Assembly (NCBI RefSeq): GCF_001194135.2
Contig: NC_068992.1
Location: 19,740,581 to 19,804,580 of the forward strand
Length of the DNA: 64,000 nt
Source: Octopus bimaculoides
Taxonomy: Eukaryota
Reading direction: 5' to 3'
The notes under the pieces are model-generated. The model was not told the origin of the DNA, did not search any database, and saw nothing but the letters and a program-made list of their open reading frames with translations. Both the position numbers and the translations under genes were made by a program. Shown piece by piece: positions 62,761 to 64,000 of the stretch (position 1 is the stretch's first letter; each line of letters starts with the position of its first letter).

Positions 62761-64000
62761 TACACATTGTATTCTCGCCATAGCTATATCAACGAATCCT
62801 TTTTATTGATTGGTAACTTTTTTGCACTAAGCAGCATATTTGAGGGCGACAGAATCGATAACCTCTATTTCAGAAACTAAGTGGTACTTTATTTACAGAA
62901 TCTGGAGTGATAAAAACAAAGTTGACCACGGTAGACCTGCAAATTAGACCGTAATATTCGTAAAATAATGACACGTTTCCTGTTTGGAGGATACTAAACC
63001 AATTCTCCCACTTTTGTGCACTTTAACCTTAAATTTTATAATTTCTGTTTCCTCTTCTTTCCGTTTCTTTAGATTTCTTGAACTATTCTCTTCCTTCTTC
63101 TGTCTTCTCTTCCACATTTATGTTGTTATCATTCGTTCAATCTCATTTTCTTCTTTTTATATTAATATACATTAGTTGATTTTTTTTTATCAGTCATATT
63201 CATTGATTGGAAATTCCCTACTTGTTAAGTTTCCTGCCGGCTAAAATATTAGTAGTAATATATTCAGCAATTGTTTGACCCCCAAAGATACGATATATAC
63301 GTAAAGCACCGGAAGAAACGCCGCTAAATATTTTGTGATGCGCTTGTGATTCTGCCAGAGTACTAACTTTCATATCAATATCTATCTATATTGCATTACA
63401 AACACACATATACACGCACACGCATTATATACATTATATACATATATATTATATACATATACATAAAATCTTACATACATTCACACACATATACACACAC
63501 ACAAATATACCAACATTGTAACAGTTGCACTGTAATAGATGCCGCTAGCCTAAGCGAAAAACAGCAGCTGATTTCTGATAACAGACGTTGCTTCTTATTA
63601 TCAAAAGTGTAAGTCTATGACTGTCAAATAGTTCATCTTGTTTTTTAAGACAAAATAGTTGTGACTTTTCTGAAATGTTGCAATTTTTATTAGTCTTGAT
63701 TACGAGGAGGATCCCGTTGGATTCTGCATCGCGCATTTAATGTCGAGCTAAAATAAACTAGTATGGGATTATTCTGGCCAGCGACGGTATTTATTAAATA
63801 AAGTATAACCGAACACGTTACTGCGAAGATTGCATCGAACAATAAATTATTTCGTAATACCTATAGACTATAAGGTGGGTTTCAGTTATTTTCTTTTCGT
63901 ATAACTTGAACTTGCTTCTGAATCGCTTAATCATACTTTATTGTCATTGTTGTTCATTTGTTCATTAGCCTCAGGTTAGCATTGCTCAAATAAACATATG

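Overview
This is AT-rich, repeat-dense animal genomic DNA from a fragmented short-read scaffold, with about 19 N-gaps, almost all bordered by microsatellites. The SINE repertoire resembles my recollection of octopus (coleoid cephalopod) repeats, so the taxon is an inference. I cannot support an intact protein-coding gene. The long ORFs in the track either run through N-gaps or are translations of microsatellites. The window looks like intron or intergenic sequence. It contains: (i) many tRNA-derived SINEs of at least four families (called A, B, C, E here); (ii) decayed autonomous-element fragments: an R4/Dong-type LINE with RT thumb, CCHC and restriction-like endonuclease at 61.3-62.3 kb, an RTE-type C-terminal triple zinc finger at 55.0-55.4 kb, and a possible Tc1 relic at 55.7-56.9 kb; (iii) Penelope-like-element (PLE) remnants carrying degenerate minimal type I hammerhead ribozyme (HHR) motifs at 14.9, 16.1, 33.1 and 35.9 kb; (iv) a dense set of foldback/MITE palindromes at 12.3, 12.7, 15.5, 16.8, 23.9 and 40.9 kb. 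The best observation is the 97-bp-arm palindrome at 12313-12525 (96/97 paired). Its centre is the pre-existing stem-II hairpin of a hammerhead-like motif, which suggests cDNA snap-back self-priming as the origin of inverted PLE repeats. All family names come from motif recognition by eye; no database search was run.
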